A stretch of DNA of 64,000 nt from Planctomycetota bacterium. GTDB taxonomy: Bacteria > Planctomycetota > Phycisphaerae > WQYP01. The stretch is taken from NCBI GenBank assembly GCA_021800165.1, contig JAJYZF010000015.1:1905-65904 (forward strand), written 5' to 3'. Made by a program: the position numbers and the translations under genes. The notes beneath the pieces were generated by a model. The model saw only the letters and a list, made by a program, of their open reading frames with translations. It was not told the DNA's origin and ran no database searches. Each line of letters begins with the position of its first letter. Within the stretch, counting starts at the first letter, position 1. This document shows positions 9,275 through 19,155 of the stretch, in pieces.

Positions 9275-12007
9275 TCATCGATGGGCGATGGCATACATAA
9301 TCACATTTGCCGCTAGGGCCTGCGCCGATGGCGGGGCATATCCGCTGATCCCCCAAGTATTGGTGCCGAGCAATCCGCAGGTGATATCTGCAGAAGAAAA
9401 TACAACAATCCAACGTCCATTCCTTTTGATGCCCATCAGCTCCGGACGCGTTTTCACATGCTGGTGTTGTTGGTTATAAAACTTTCGATATTTTACGCGC
9501 GTGACATTGACACCGTCGGGAAAGGTTCCCGTATAGAGAGATGACCTTTGCGGAACGGCAATCAGCGTCTGGTGCGGAAACGCCTGCACCACAAGTTGCA
9601 CGAAAGAATCAGTAAATTGATTCTTTCCGCCGGCCGCATCGGCCAAGAGCATGCCGCCGTGCTGAATATAGTATCGCAGCGCTGTAATTTGTGCGGCACT
9701 GAGGGTAAATACACCAGTGCCGGTCATTTGGGCCAGAGGGCAGCGCTTTGGGCTTAGTTTCGGGCCGATGGCATGATCAATGATGTTCAATCGGGTATGA
9801 AAATACCGAGCCGTGATTCGGGCCATGCGCGGCCAGGCTCCCGGCTCCGGATTCCAGTTGCCGACATATCGCAAACGGGCCATGGTCAGGCGGCGGGTGG
9901 GCTTGGTGGTGGGGCGAGCAATAGCCAGTGATTCCAACCGATTGGACAATGCCACTTTGCCGGTGGCATAAAAATAGATATTGGCCGGAACTTGCCAGTC
10001 GCCTTTGGCGGCAAAGCGATGACCCTGCCAGATGGCTCCGAGATCTGTTGAACTCAGCAGCCATAAATAGCGGATATGATTGCTGAGAGCCTCAAATTGC
10101 GGCGGCCGCTGGAAATGATACCACGGCTGAAGGGTGTAAATATAACTGGTTGGTGGAACCGCTGTTACCGGGTAACGACCATGCACCATGCGCCGGGCAT
10201 ATTGCACCATGGCCTTTTGAAAGAGGCGGGAGCCGCCGTCCGGTGAAGAAAGGATCAGACCGCCGGCTTGTACGTAATGGCGGAGTGCCGCCACCTCAGA
10301 CCTGGAAAACCGGGGATCTTTGCTGCCTGTGATGAGCAAAATAGGGGCTTGAAGCCATTGGGTTAGCGGTGCGTGAAAATTAACCACCTGCCAGTTAAGA
10401 GGTGTTTCAAAGGTTTTACTTAGCCAGGATGTAAAATTCGCGGCGTCGCGTTGGCGGGCATTCCAATCACCGAAGAAATTGGGGCCATACTGGAGCTTAC
10501 TGATGACTACTGGATTTAGTCCGCGGTCCAGCACCAACAGGGCGTAGGCGGTCGCTACTACCGAAGAAGCCTGAAAAAAATGACCATCGCGCCACGGGCC
10601 ACCCCGGTGACGGGTGAGTGTTCGGGAAAAATCATCATACCAATTATGTCCGGCAATGGTCGTAATGCCACCGGCCAGAGCCACACGTTCATCGCCATAC
10701 ATGGCATAAAAGTTTTTCTCCTGGGGATTAAAGTGCCGGTTCAGCCACGCCAAGCCGCGCAGGATAAAAGCATGTGGAATGGGGTTTATTGTTGCCCGCT
10801 GGTAAAGATATTCATCGCAGATAAAAAGGCTGGCCACGCCCGCGGGAGTCATGGTGTTGCATGGTGCCATGCCAGGTCCGCCAACGGGATGATTGGAAGT
10901 TCCGGAATAGATCCAGGCACCGTTCATATATTGTTTGGTCCGCCAATGTCTGGCGGCCTTGCGCCAATAGGCATACGGCATTTCCAAGCCGGCATGGGCG
11001 CAGGCCCAAGCACCGAGTACGCCATATTGGGTGTTGGAATTATCCCAGCGTTGTCGCGCAAATATCAGGGCTCCAGGAGGGCCTTGCGTATAGGTATAAC
11101 CGCCATCGGCATGGATGCTGTCAATGAGATATCGGGCGTCTTGCTGCAGTACGTGGCGATAACGTGCTTTAGCCGGCAGCAAGGCCATGGCATTGGCCTG
11201 AAACGAGGCCACGTAGGTGCTGTGCGGCCTAAGTCGCACGAGAAAATTCAGAGCTCGGCGCATTTTGGGAGCAAAGATATTGAGCTGCGGCAAGTGCAGA
11301 CTTTGCTGCACGTCCAAGAGAGCTTCCGTGACCAGAGCGGTTCTACCGCCGAATTGGAGCGTGTTGTCGGACCCGGGAGATTCCCAGAGCCAACGACGCT
11401 GCTGTTGGGACAGCAAAAAGTTAGCGCCACGTGTGATGGCCGCTATGACCGCCTGACTCCGACGGCTCACGGGCGCTTGTGGCAGTGGGAAATGTATCGG
11501 CAGGCTGGGGTGGAGAGCTGCTTTGACGACGGGCGGTGATGGGGAGGTGGAAAGTACTTTTGGTGGGGAGCTCCCGGCGGAGGCCATACCGGTGCCAACA
11601 ATGGGTTGGGAAGAAGGCTTTGGCCGGGTGGAGGCTATCGGTGCGGGACGTACTGCCACCATCGGCGACGATGGTGGTTTTATCACCGGCTTTGGCAAAG
11701 GGGTATGGCCGTTGGATGGTCCGGTGGGCGAGACCGTTTTGCCGATAAGTTGGCGCAGGGGATGGGAACGAGGTGGCGGCAAGTTCTGTGGTTTCTCGGA
11801 TGGTGCCAACCAGTGACCCAACAGTAAGCCCGCGATGGTCATCAGCAGCAGGCTGACGACCAAACCTTTCACGCCAAGTTGTCGCCGCCCGTGGGTCAAG
11901 TGTCGGTAGCAATCCGCACACACGACGGAATCCTGCCAGATATAAGCCTCATCAGACGAACCGATAATGGCATTACAATTTTCGCACTCTTCCATCTGGT
12001 CGGCCAT
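9275..12007 (-). CDS. Membrane-anchored multidomain protein: zinc ribbon, TM helix, Pro-rich linker, prenyltransferase/terpene-cyclase-like repeats, two DUF4159-like modules
   Basis: N-terminus: CENC..x17..CADC, then the TM segment GLVVSLLLMTIAGLLLGHWL and a P/S-rich linker. ADGGYTYTQG, QYGVLGAWACAHAG and MNGAWIYSG are repeats of alpha/alpha-toroid type. Two paralogous blocks, LRHYVQAGGLILSSPDGGSRLF and LRYYIQHGGMLLADAAGGKNQF, resemble DUF4159. Confidence 0.6.
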   Translation of the reverse strand: MADQMEECENCNAIIGSSDEAYIWQDSVVCADCYRHLTHGRRQLGVKGLVVSLLLMTIAGLLLGHWLAPSEKPQNLPPPRSHPLRQLIGKTVSPTGPSNGHTPLPKPVIKPPSSPMVAVRPAPIASTRPKPSSQPIVGTGMASAGSSPPKVLSTSPSPPVVKAALHPSLPIHFPLPQAPVSRRSQAVIAAITRGANFLLSQQQRRWLWESPGSDNTLQFGGRTALVTEALLDVQQSLHLPQLNIFAPKMRRALNFLVRLRPHSTYVASFQANAMALLPAKARYRHVLQQDARYLIDSIHADGGYTYTQGPPGALIFARQRWDNSNTQYGVLGAWACAHAGLEMPYAYWRKAARHWRTKQYMNGAWIYSGTSNHPVGGPGMAPCNTMTPAGVASLFICDEYLYQRATINPIPHAFILRGLAWLNRHFNPQEKNFYAMYGDERVALAGGITTIAGHNWYDDFSRTLTRHRGGPWRDGHFFQASSVVATAYALLVLDRGLNPVVISKLQYGPNFFGDWNARQRDAANFTSWLSKTFETPLNWQVVNFHAPLTQWLQAPILLITGSKDPRFSRSEVAALRHYVQAGGLILSSPDGGSRLFQKAMVQYARRMVHGRYPVTAVPPTSYIYTLQPWYHFQRPPQFEALSNHIRYLWLLSSTDLGAIWQGHRFAAKGDWQVPANIYFYATGKVALSNRLESLAIARPTTKPTRRLTMARLRYVGNWNPEPGAWPRMARITARYFHTRLNIIDHAIGPKLSPKRCPLAQMTGTGVFTLSAAQITALRYYIQHGGMLLADAAGGKNQFTDSFVQLVVQAFPHQTLIAVPQRSSLYTGTFPDGVNVTRVKYRKFYNQQHQHVKTRPELMGIKRNGRWIVVFSSADITCGLLGTNTWGISGYAPPSAQALAANVIMYAIAHR

Positions 12008-12094
12008 TGATGATTTCCTGTTGCGATATCAACTATAGAGCCACCACCGTGGCCACACCCAGGTGAAAAATCACCGGGCGTTGCAGAACCGCCG

Positions 12095-15022
12095 TCACTT
12101 GGCGGAGAGCCAATTATCACCCCACGCTACATCCACCTTCAACGGCACCCTTAAATCCATGGCGTGCTCCATTTCCTCACGCACCATCTGGGCATAGGTT
12201 GCGGCTTTATCACGAACACACTCAAAAACCAGTTCATCATGTATTTGCAGAATCAGTTGAATATCATCCGCGTGGGGCTTAATCCGGCGATGAATTCGCA
12301 CCATGGCTACCTTGATAAGATCCGCTGCAGACCCCTGTATCACAGAATTGATGGCCGCCCGGCGGCCAAACTGTCTGATCGACTGGTTGGTAGAGTGAAT
12401 TTGGGGAATTTGCCGACGACGTCCCAAAATCGTTTGCACAAAGCCATGGGTCATAGCCTCTTGTGTACAGGCATTGAAAAATTCCTCAATCGCCGGAAAA
12501 CGTGCTTTGTATGCCTGAATAAATGCCGCAGCTTCACGTTCCGGAATTTTGAGAAGTTTGGCCAATCCATAGGATGTTTGGCCGTAGATAATTCCGAAGT
12601 TGACGGATTTGGCTACGCGGCGCATTTCGGGGGTAACTTGTGGCAATTCCACGTGATGAATTTGTGCCGCCACGTAAGCGTGAATGTCATGGTTGGCGCT
12701 AAAGGCGGCAATCAGGGCGCGTTCATGACAAAAATGGGCCAGGATACGCAGTTCTACCTGCGAATAATCGGCACTGATGATGACGTAATGAGAGTTTCTG
12801 GCGATAAACGCCCGGCGAATTTCCCGGCCAATATCGGTGCGAATGGGAATGTTTTGCAGATTCGGATCGCTGCTGGAAAGCCGCCCTGTTTCCGCCACCG
12901 TCTGGTTGAAGCTGGCGTGAACCCGGCCGGTTACCGGCGATACCCCAGCCGCCAATGGTTCCAGATACGTACCTTGCAGCTTGGTGAGTTGCCTATATTC
13001 CAGAATCAATGCTGGTACCGGATGGTCATCCGCCAAGGCCTCCAGTACGCTGATATCCGTGCTGGGACCGGTCTTGGTTTTTTTGATTACACGCAGCCCC
13101 AATTTACCGAAGAGCACCTGGCCAAGCTGCCGGGGCGAGTCGAAATTAAATTCCATGCCGGCAACCTCACGAATGCGCAACTTTAAATCCGTCAGTCTTT
13201 TTTTAATATCTGCGCTTAAGCTGTGCAGCAAGTTCACATCAACCTTAACCCCGGCGTATTCCATATCGGCTAAAACGCTCACCAGCGGCATCTCCACATC
13301 AAAAAAAAGCCGATCCATGCCGGCGTCAGCCAGCCGGGGAAACAGGACCTCCGCCAGCCGCAGCGTAACATCCGCATCTTCCGCCGCATACGTGCAGGCT
13401 TGTTCCAACGGTACCTGAGCAAAGCTTCTTTGTTGCGTTCCTTTGCCGAGAAGGCTGGAAATGGCAATGGGTTTTAACCCCAGGTAATCCACAGCCATCG
13501 CATCCATGGAATGGCTGACCCTCGATGAATCCAGCAGATAGTCGGCAATCATGGTATCCAAATAGACACCGGCCAGCGGCAGTTGGCAACGCCGCAGCAC
13601 ATTGATGTCATATTTGAGATTCTGGCCGATTTTCTTAATGGTTGGATCGGCCAACAATGGCCCAAGGTATTCTTGCAAGATATTGATGGCCACACATTCG
13701 GCCGGTCCTTTAATGGCGACATACCAAGCCTGGCCGGGCACCGCAGAAACTGAAATTCCGCACACGTTCGATTTCATCGCTCCCAGAGCATCGGTTTCGG
13801 TATCCACAGACAACCAGCGACGTTTGGATTCACCTAAGAAATCCCTTATTTCCTGCAGCATCTGCAGCAGAGTTGGGATTGAATTCACCAGGCGATAATT
13901 TCCCTGCACCGGGTGGAGTGATTTTCCGGGAACTGGTGGGGTGTTGTTTGGATCTGCGACAGGAGATGGGGCATCGCCGGAGCCTTCGTCTGTAGATGGC
14001 GCTGCCGCAGTGTCTTTGGTTATTTGATTAAAAAGGCTGACTTCGGCCGGTGTAAGATCCTGAGTCGGTATTCTTGTGGTTTGTCGTGTCACCAATGCCG
14101 GGGCCATGCGGGCATTTTCTGTTGGGGGGCCACCGAGAGCAGGCCCCGTAGCCCGCTGGAGTTGGGGAATCAATCGGCGGAAGTTCAATTCTTCAAACAT
14201 GGGCAAAAGAAGAGATAGGCGGTTGGGGTCAAAGCGGCATTGCGACCAGGAAAAGTTCACTGGTACATCGGTCTGCAACCGCACCAATTGGCGCGATTGA
14301 TTGAGCACGCCGAGATTGCTGCGTAAGGCTTCGCCTGCTTTGCCCGGAATGTTTGCCGCGTTGGCTATGAGATTGTCCAGGGAGCCAAATTGGGCAATCC
14401 ATTTGGCAGCCGTTTTCGGCCCAACGCCGGGTACTCCGGGAATGTTATCGACCGTGTCGCCGGTGAGGGCCAAAACATCGGCAGCTTGTTCGGGCCGATA
14501 ACCTTTTTTGGCCAGCAGGCCCACGGCATCGAGTACCGCATTTTCCTGAATGTCAAAAAGGACCGTTCGTTCATCAATCAGGGCATCCATATCCTTATCG
14601 CGGGAGCAAACGTACACTTTGGCGTGAGGAAAATCAGCAGCAGTTTTTATGCGGTTTACCACGGTTGCGATCACATCGTCGGCTTCATAGCCTTCCACCC
14701 GTAAAATCGGCACGCCCACGGCCTCCATCATTTGACTGATGCGCCGGATTTGGGCGGGCATATCTTCCGGCATCGGCCTGCGCTGGGCTTTGTATTGCGG
14801 ATCCAATTGATCGCGTTGGCTGGATCCAGCATCCATGGCCAGTGCTATGTGGGTGGGGCGGCAGTTATCCAGAAGCTTGAGAAACATCGACATGAAGCCG
14901 AAGGTGGCATTGGTTGGCTCTCCGGATGGGCCTGTTAAACCACTGACCGCATAATAAGCCCTGTAGATCTGGGCGTGACCATCAATGATATAGAGGATTT
15001 CGTTATTCATTCTTTTGGTCAT
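12095..15022 (-). CDS. polA: DNA polymerase I
   Basis: 5' nuclease (LYIIDGHAQIYRAYYA, GDTVDNIPGVPGVGPKTA), 3'-5' exonuclease (SVDTETD) and polymerase motifs (DYSQVELRILAH, QGSAADLIK, QIHDELVFE). The start is placed at ATG 15022 (MTKRMNNEIL); the track ORF extends further, to 15232. Confidence 0.97.
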   Translation of the reverse strand: MTKRMNNEILYIIDGHAQIYRAYYAVSGLTGPSGEPTNATFGFMSMFLKLLDNCRPTHIALAMDAGSSQRDQLDPQYKAQRRPMPEDMPAQIRRISQMMEAVGVPILRVEGYEADDVIATVVNRIKTAADFPHAKVYVCSRDKDMDALIDERTVLFDIQENAVLDAVGLLAKKGYRPEQAADVLALTGDTVDNIPGVPGVGPKTAAKWIAQFGSLDNLIANAANIPGKAGEALRSNLGVLNQSRQLVRLQTDVPVNFSWSQCRFDPNRLSLLLPMFEELNFRRLIPQLQRATGPALGGPPTENARMAPALVTRQTTRIPTQDLTPAEVSLFNQITKDTAAAPSTDEGSGDAPSPVADPNNTPPVPGKSLHPVQGNYRLVNSIPTLLQMLQEIRDFLGESKRRWLSVDTETDALGAMKSNVCGISVSAVPGQAWYVAIKGPAECVAINILQEYLGPLLADPTIKKIGQNLKYDINVLRRCQLPLAGVYLDTMIADYLLDSSRVSHSMDAMAVDYLGLKPIAISSLLGKGTQQRSFAQVPLEQACTYAAEDADVTLRLAEVLFPRLADAGMDRLFFDVEMPLVSVLADMEYAGVKVDVNLLHSLSADIKKRLTDLKLRIREVAGMEFNFDSPRQLGQVLFGKLGLRVIKKTKTGPSTDISVLEALADDHPVPALILEYRQLTKLQGTYLEPLAAGVSPVTGRVHASFNQTVAETGRLSSSDPNLQNIPIRTDIGREIRRAFIARNSHYVIISADYSQVELRILAHFCHERALIAAFSANHDIHAYVAAQIHHVELPQVTPEMRRVAKSVNFGIIYGQTSYGLAKLLKIPEREAAAFIQAYKARFPAIEEFFNACTQEAMTHGFVQTILGRRRQIPQIHSTNQSIRQFGRRAAINSVIQGSAADLIKVAMVRIHRRIKPHADDIQLILQIHDELVFECVRDKAATYAQMVREEMEHAMDLRVPLKVDVAWGDNWLSAK

Positions 15023-15311
15023 TATACCGGGGTTTGATCCATGGCGGGAGCACTGAGAAGTGGTACGGAAATATGTGGCAGCCTGGCCCTTTTTCAGGTG
15101 GTTATCTTGGTGCCAGTCCCGTCGCCCAATAACGTTGGTTCGCTTGCCCCGCTGCGGCGACTTGAAAATCCGGTCGTGTGCGATAACAATAAAGAAAATA
15201 GGGTGCTTTGGGCTACCTCTGCCGATATACATTGTTACCGCTTGGGGTGATCATCCAAGAATATAGTGCGGCACCGGTTGGTCAAGCGGGTTTTTATCGG
15301 AAGTTATACTG

Positions 15312-16586
15312 ATGGCCACAGTCGGCAGTTCAAAACAGGATACGCTGTTGGGGCGCGTTGTCGTGGAGCAGGGGTTCTGCACACGCGATGAGCTTGAAGA
15401 TTGCCTGGCGCTGCAAAGTGAGTTATCCCAACAAAGCAATCAGCGTAGTCTGGCGGATATTTTGCTTTCCAACGGGTATGTGACGCAAACCCAGCTCGCA
15501 CGTGCACGCACTACGGCCGACGAACAGCGCGTGATGCAGCAGATTCCCGGCTATCAGATTATTTCCAAGCTTGGTGCGGGCGCTATGGCCACGGTTTTTA
15601 AGGCCCGCCAGCTTTCACTGGATCGAATTGTAGCCATCAAGGTTCTGCCGAAGAGGCTTAGTGAAAACAAGGAGTTCGTGGACCGGTTTTATATGGAGGG
15701 CAAGGCTGCCGCCCGACTGAACCATCCGAATATTGTTGGCGCTTTTGATGTTGGAGAGGCCGGTGGATACCACTATTTTGTTATGGAATATGTCGAGGGC
15801 CAGACGGTTTTCGACCATATTGCCGAAGGCAATCCATACAGCGAAAAGGATGCCATCAATATCGTCATTCAGATATGCAAGGCTCTGGTTCACGCCCACG
15901 AAAACGGTTTGATCCACCGCGACGTAAAACCCAAGAATATCATGATTACGCCGAGTGGGGTCGCGAAGCTCGCGGATATGGGTTTGGCCCGTGAGAAGGA
16001 CGATCAGGAGGCCGCCCAGGCAGAGGCTGGCAAGGCGTACGGTACCCCGTACTACATCTCGCCGGAACAAATTCGCGGTGAGCTTAACATCGATTTCCGT
16101 GCGGATATCTATTCCCTCGGGGCCACTTTTTACCACATGATCACTGGCCGAGTCCCGTTTGAAGGTGCTTCTCCCGCCGTGGTCATGCACAAGCATCTTA
16201 AGGAAGAATTGGTGCCCCCGGACCATATCATTTCCACCATCAGTTCTGGTACCAGCGAAATAATTGAAGTGGCCATGGCCAAAGATCCCAAAAACCGCTA
16301 CGCCTCCACGCAGGATATGCTCTCGGATCTGGAGGCTGTGGCCCGGGGCGAACCGCCCGTGCTGGCCCGTAAAGCGTATGATCTGACGTCTCTGGCCAAT
16401 CTGGAAAAAAATGGACGTGAGGCGCAAGAGGGTGGAGTGATCATGGTGGAGGCCTCGCGTGAACAAACCATTGATTTTGGATCACGCACTTGGACCGAAA
16501 AACTCTCAGATCCGCTGGTCATTACTCTCTCCGCATTGCTGCTGATGGCAGTACTTATCATCATTGTTCTGCTGTTGAGCCGTTAG
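15312..16586 (+). CDS. Ser/Thr protein kinase with MshEN/T2SSE_N-like N-terminal motifs and a C-terminal TM anchor
   Basis: Hanks motifs: VAIKVL, HRDVKPKNIMI, DMGLAR, GTPYYISPEQ. The N-terminus reads LLGRVVVEQGFCTRDELEDCLALQ. The C-terminus reads LVITLSALLLMAVLIIIVLLL. Confidence 0.93.
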   Translation: MATVGSSKQDTLLGRVVVEQGFCTRDELEDCLALQSELSQQSNQRSLADILLSNGYVTQTQLARARTTADEQRVMQQIPGYQIISKLGAGAMATVFKARQLSLDRIVAIKVLPKRLSENKEFVDRFYMEGKAAARLNHPNIVGAFDVGEAGGYHYFVMEYVEGQTVFDHIAEGNPYSEKDAINIVIQICKALVHAHENGLIHRDVKPKNIMITPSGVAKLADMGLAREKDDQEAAQAEAGKAYGTPYYISPEQIRGELNIDFRADIYSLGATFYHMITGRVPFEGASPAVVMHKHLKEELVPPDHIISTISSGTSEIIEVAMAKDPKNRYASTQDMLSDLEAVARGEPPVLARKAYDLTSLANLEKNGREAQEGGVIMVEASREQTIDFGSRTWTEKLSDPLVITLSALLLMAVLIIIVLLLSR

Positions 16587-16773
16587 CCCGGCCAAGGGTA
16601 CGGCGAGGCTGCGTTTTTTGGCCACGCCCTTTTGGTTCCGCTGCAGGTTCAACTGCACGCTATTAATCACAGATGGAGTCGGGGCTGGCTGGGCAACGTG
16701 AGTTGCCGAAGTGCGGTAACACCTCACGTGGTTCCGGATCTCGCCTGTACCTCAAAAATACTTGATCGTTGGG

Positions 16774-16802
16774 TTGATAGGGCTTTGCACATGAGGTAAG
16801 AT
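16774..16802 (+). promoter_or_regulatory. Sigma70-like promoter for tRNA-Val (TTGATA-17 nt-TAAGAT)
   Basis: Hexamers read at 16774..16779 and 16797..16802. The tRNA 5' end is 16 nt downstream of the -10 box. Confidence 0.5.
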
Positions 16803-16817
16803 CATGGGTGGGTGTTC

Positions 16818-16891
16818 GGGCGTTTAGCTCAGTTGGTTAGAGCGTACGGATCACACCCGTAAGGTCGGGGGTTCGAGCCCCTCAACGCCCA
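16818..16891 (+). tRNA. tRNA-Val (anticodon CAC)
   Basis: Cloverleaf folded by hand. Acceptor GGGCGTT/AACGCCC, D arm GCTC-AGTTGGTTA-GAGC, anticodon stem TACGG/CCGTA with loop ATCACAC, T arm GGGGG-TTCGAGC-CCCTC, discriminator A. CCA is not encoded. Confidence 0.93.
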
Positions 16892-17512
16892 ATGGCTGAA
16901 AATTCTCTATAAATTGACAATTGGTGCGTTTATCCCCGTCGGAAACTACGGTACGCGCAGTGATTAGGCTTCGCGTATTGGCCTGATTGCTTAAGCATAG
17001 TGGGCAAGAGAAGTGCCCTCAAGCAAATCGGCAGTACCCGCTAAATTCTGGGTGCTTGCTGGCTGCCATGGGTGGCCGCCGGTGCCGCCGCTGCCGTTCC
17101 GGCGGGGGGGCGGGTAATCAAGCGTGTCGGTCGCAGACGCGATGGTGAGACGCAGGCATAAACCGTGGTTCCGGAATCCCAGCCCGTGTTTCAAGTTGGT
17201 TGGTATGGTTGCGCAGGTCCGCTGGCAATCGACCGCCTGTGAGCATCACGATAACGCCGGGCAGACGCCTATGGGCTTTGAATACGTATGTAGATCGGGA
17301 AACCGTGGCCGCACTTCCGAGTCGCTTCCCAATAAATTGCGATCTTCTTTTCGATAGAGGTGCCATGCCGCACACCTTCATTGATAGACAATCGAGATTT
17401 ATGGTAAGGTTATAAAGTGGTGGGTATTGGTTCTGGATAAATAAAGATTGTAACTGGTTGGGAGGTCGGTTATCTTCTTGGCTCGTGCCGGCAAACAGGA
17501 AGGCTTTCATTG

Positions 17513-19030
17513 ATGTTGAATTCCGATATGGATAACCGAGCCAAAACCTGGACCTGCGGCACTCTGACGTATACACGGGTGGCGTTGTCGCTGCTGTTTT
17601 TCTGGTTAATATGGGGAGACATCTGTTACACGCTGATGGAAAGTGTGACTGGTCCGATCATGCTGTTGAAGTTCAAGGCATTGGGGGCGCCCAATTGGGA
17701 AGTGGCGGTGCTGTTGTCGACCATTCCCACCACAGTCTATTCGATCTTCAATCCGATCATCAGCGTGAAGAGCGACCGCTTTCGCAGTCGCTGGGGCCGG
17801 CGTATTCCATTCATCCTGTTTTCTTTGCCGATGTTGGTATTGGGTCTGGTGGGATTGGCGTTTGGTGATCGGCTGGGGGGCTTCGTTTTTGGCATGCTAG
17901 ACCTGTCGGCGGGTGCGCGGATACAGGCGATATTGTGGACACTGGGCATCATTCTGCTGGGATTCAGTTTTTTCAATACATTTGTGAACACCACCTTCTG
18001 GTACCTTTTCAATGATGTGATACCCCCGCATTTGTTGGCACGTTTTATGTCCTGGTTTCGGTTTGTAGGGATATTGTGCGGTGCGGTATACAATTTTTAT
18101 ATCTTTCCGTATTCGTCCAGCCACGGAACGGTGATTTTTCTCGGGGCGGCGGCACTTTATTTGTTTGGCTTTGGCTTAATGTGCTTTAACGTGCGCGAGG
18201 GTGAGTATCCGCCGCCCGTAACGCACCCGCATAACACTGCCGGCCCGGTCGGGCTGGTGTTTACCTATGCGAAGGAGTGTCATTCCAACCGCATTTATTG
18301 GTACCTGTGGCTTTGCACGTTCATTGGAGGTATCGGTGGCGGGATTGGCCTGTTTAATCTCTATTATCAACAAGCGATCGGCCTGAATTTGAATCAGATC
18401 GGTGACATCAACGGTACGTTGCAGATATTTGTGGCGGTACTGGTCTTAGGGGCCGGCTGGTTGGCAGATCGGTATCATCCCATCCGTGTGGTGTTTGCAA
18501 GTCAGATACTCAACTGGGTCTTACTGGCCGCGGGCATGATCTGGCTATTCTGGCTGCCCTCGCCCAAGGCTACTGTGGCCCTGCATTTACCGCTGGTGGG
18601 TCACATTGCATGGTTGAGTGCCTACGCCACCATTCACATAACGAAGGTTTATCTGGTATGCCTGTTGATTTATGTGGGGCTGGCGGCACCCATCACCGCC
18701 ATGGTGGCCATGTGGGATCCGGCGATGCTGATGCGGGTGCTGCCGCGGTCCAATTATGGGCAGTTCTGCTCCGTTAACGCGATCTGGAGGTCTGTTGGTG
18801 GCATGCTTGGTGGTATTTTGGCTGGGATTTTTCTGGATAGAATGGCCTTGCTGGTTGGCCACAATGCGGCGTACTTCTACAGCCCGGTATGGATGGCGGC
18901 GTTTAACATTCCGGCGTTTTTCCTTTTCATAGCCTTTTATCGGCAATGGAAGCGCCACGGCGGCGATAATCATTACGTGGCACCGTTGCCACTCAACAAT
19001 ATGTCCCAAGTCACGGAAACGGTGCCCTAG
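17513..19030 (+). CDS. MFS transporter, GPH/SLC45-like (probable glycoside:cation symporter)
   Basis: DRFRSRWGRRIPF matches the GPH/SLC45 D-R-x-x-S-R-x-G-R-R-x-P-F loop motif. Multiple TM segments are present. ATG 17513 follows CAGGAAGG. Confidence 0.7.
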   Translation: MLNSDMDNRAKTWTCGTLTYTRVALSLLFFWLIWGDICYTLMESVTGPIMLLKFKALGAPNWEVAVLLSTIPTTVYSIFNPIISVKSDRFRSRWGRRIPFILFSLPMLVLGLVGLAFGDRLGGFVFGMLDLSAGARIQAILWTLGIILLGFSFFNTFVNTTFWYLFNDVIPPHLLARFMSWFRFVGILCGAVYNFYIFPYSSSHGTVIFLGAAALYLFGFGLMCFNVREGEYPPPVTHPHNTAGPVGLVFTYAKECHSNRIYWYLWLCTFIGGIGGGIGLFNLYYQQAIGLNLNQIGDINGTLQIFVAVLVLGAGWLADRYHPIRVVFASQILNWVLLAAGMIWLFWLPSPKATVALHLPLVGHIAWLSAYATIHITKVYLVCLLIYVGLAAPITAMVAMWDPAMLMRVLPRSNYGQFCSVNAIWRSVGGMLGGILAGIFLDRMALLVGHNAAYFYSPVWMAAFNIPAFFLFIAFYRQWKRHGGDNHYVAPLPLNNMSQVTETVP

Positions 19031-19155
19031 GTTAAGGGGCATCCTGCGTGCTCAATCAACAGCAGACGCTATGACTGGCGGCAGCGCGGAAATTCTATAT
19101 CCAACGCCCAATCACCGTCGCGGGCTGGTCGGCGGACTTCAACGGCGACGGAGCT

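Noticed and set aside
10580-11539. Long ORFs antisense to well-supported genes. These include 10580..11539(+), 12164..13186(+), 15615..16466(-), 25612..26517(+), 31469..32536(-), 38356..39294(+), 53497..54495(-) and 58616..59347(-).
   Set aside because: In every case the opposite strand encodes a protein with clear family motifs (polA, kinase, sulfatase, GH29, trpE, hldE and so on). The antisense translations are Arg/Gly/His/Pro-rich with no recognisable motifs. This is typical of mirror ORFs in GC-rich coding DNA.
13907-14161. An ~85-aa low-complexity insertion between the 5'-nuclease and 3'-5' exonuclease domains of Pol I
   Set aside because: Linker length at this position varies among bacteria, and the segment is Pro/Thr/Ala-rich with no motif. 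It is probably a flexible tether, not a new domain.
15023-15232. N-terminal extensions suggested by the ORF track for polA (to 15232), DUF89 (to 20322), anSME (to 52454), leuS (from 54359), hldE (from 58457), tig (from 46318) and others
   Set aside because: The extensions have non-protein-like composition, and family alignments start at the internal Met. Several of those internal starts have RBS-like sequences. The internal starts were used, but they remain unverified.
16892-17512. Integrated mobile element at tRNA-Val
   Set aside because: No integrase or excisionase ORF is present, and I could not find a direct repeat of the tRNA 3' end downstream. It is kept only as a low-interest unexplained gap.
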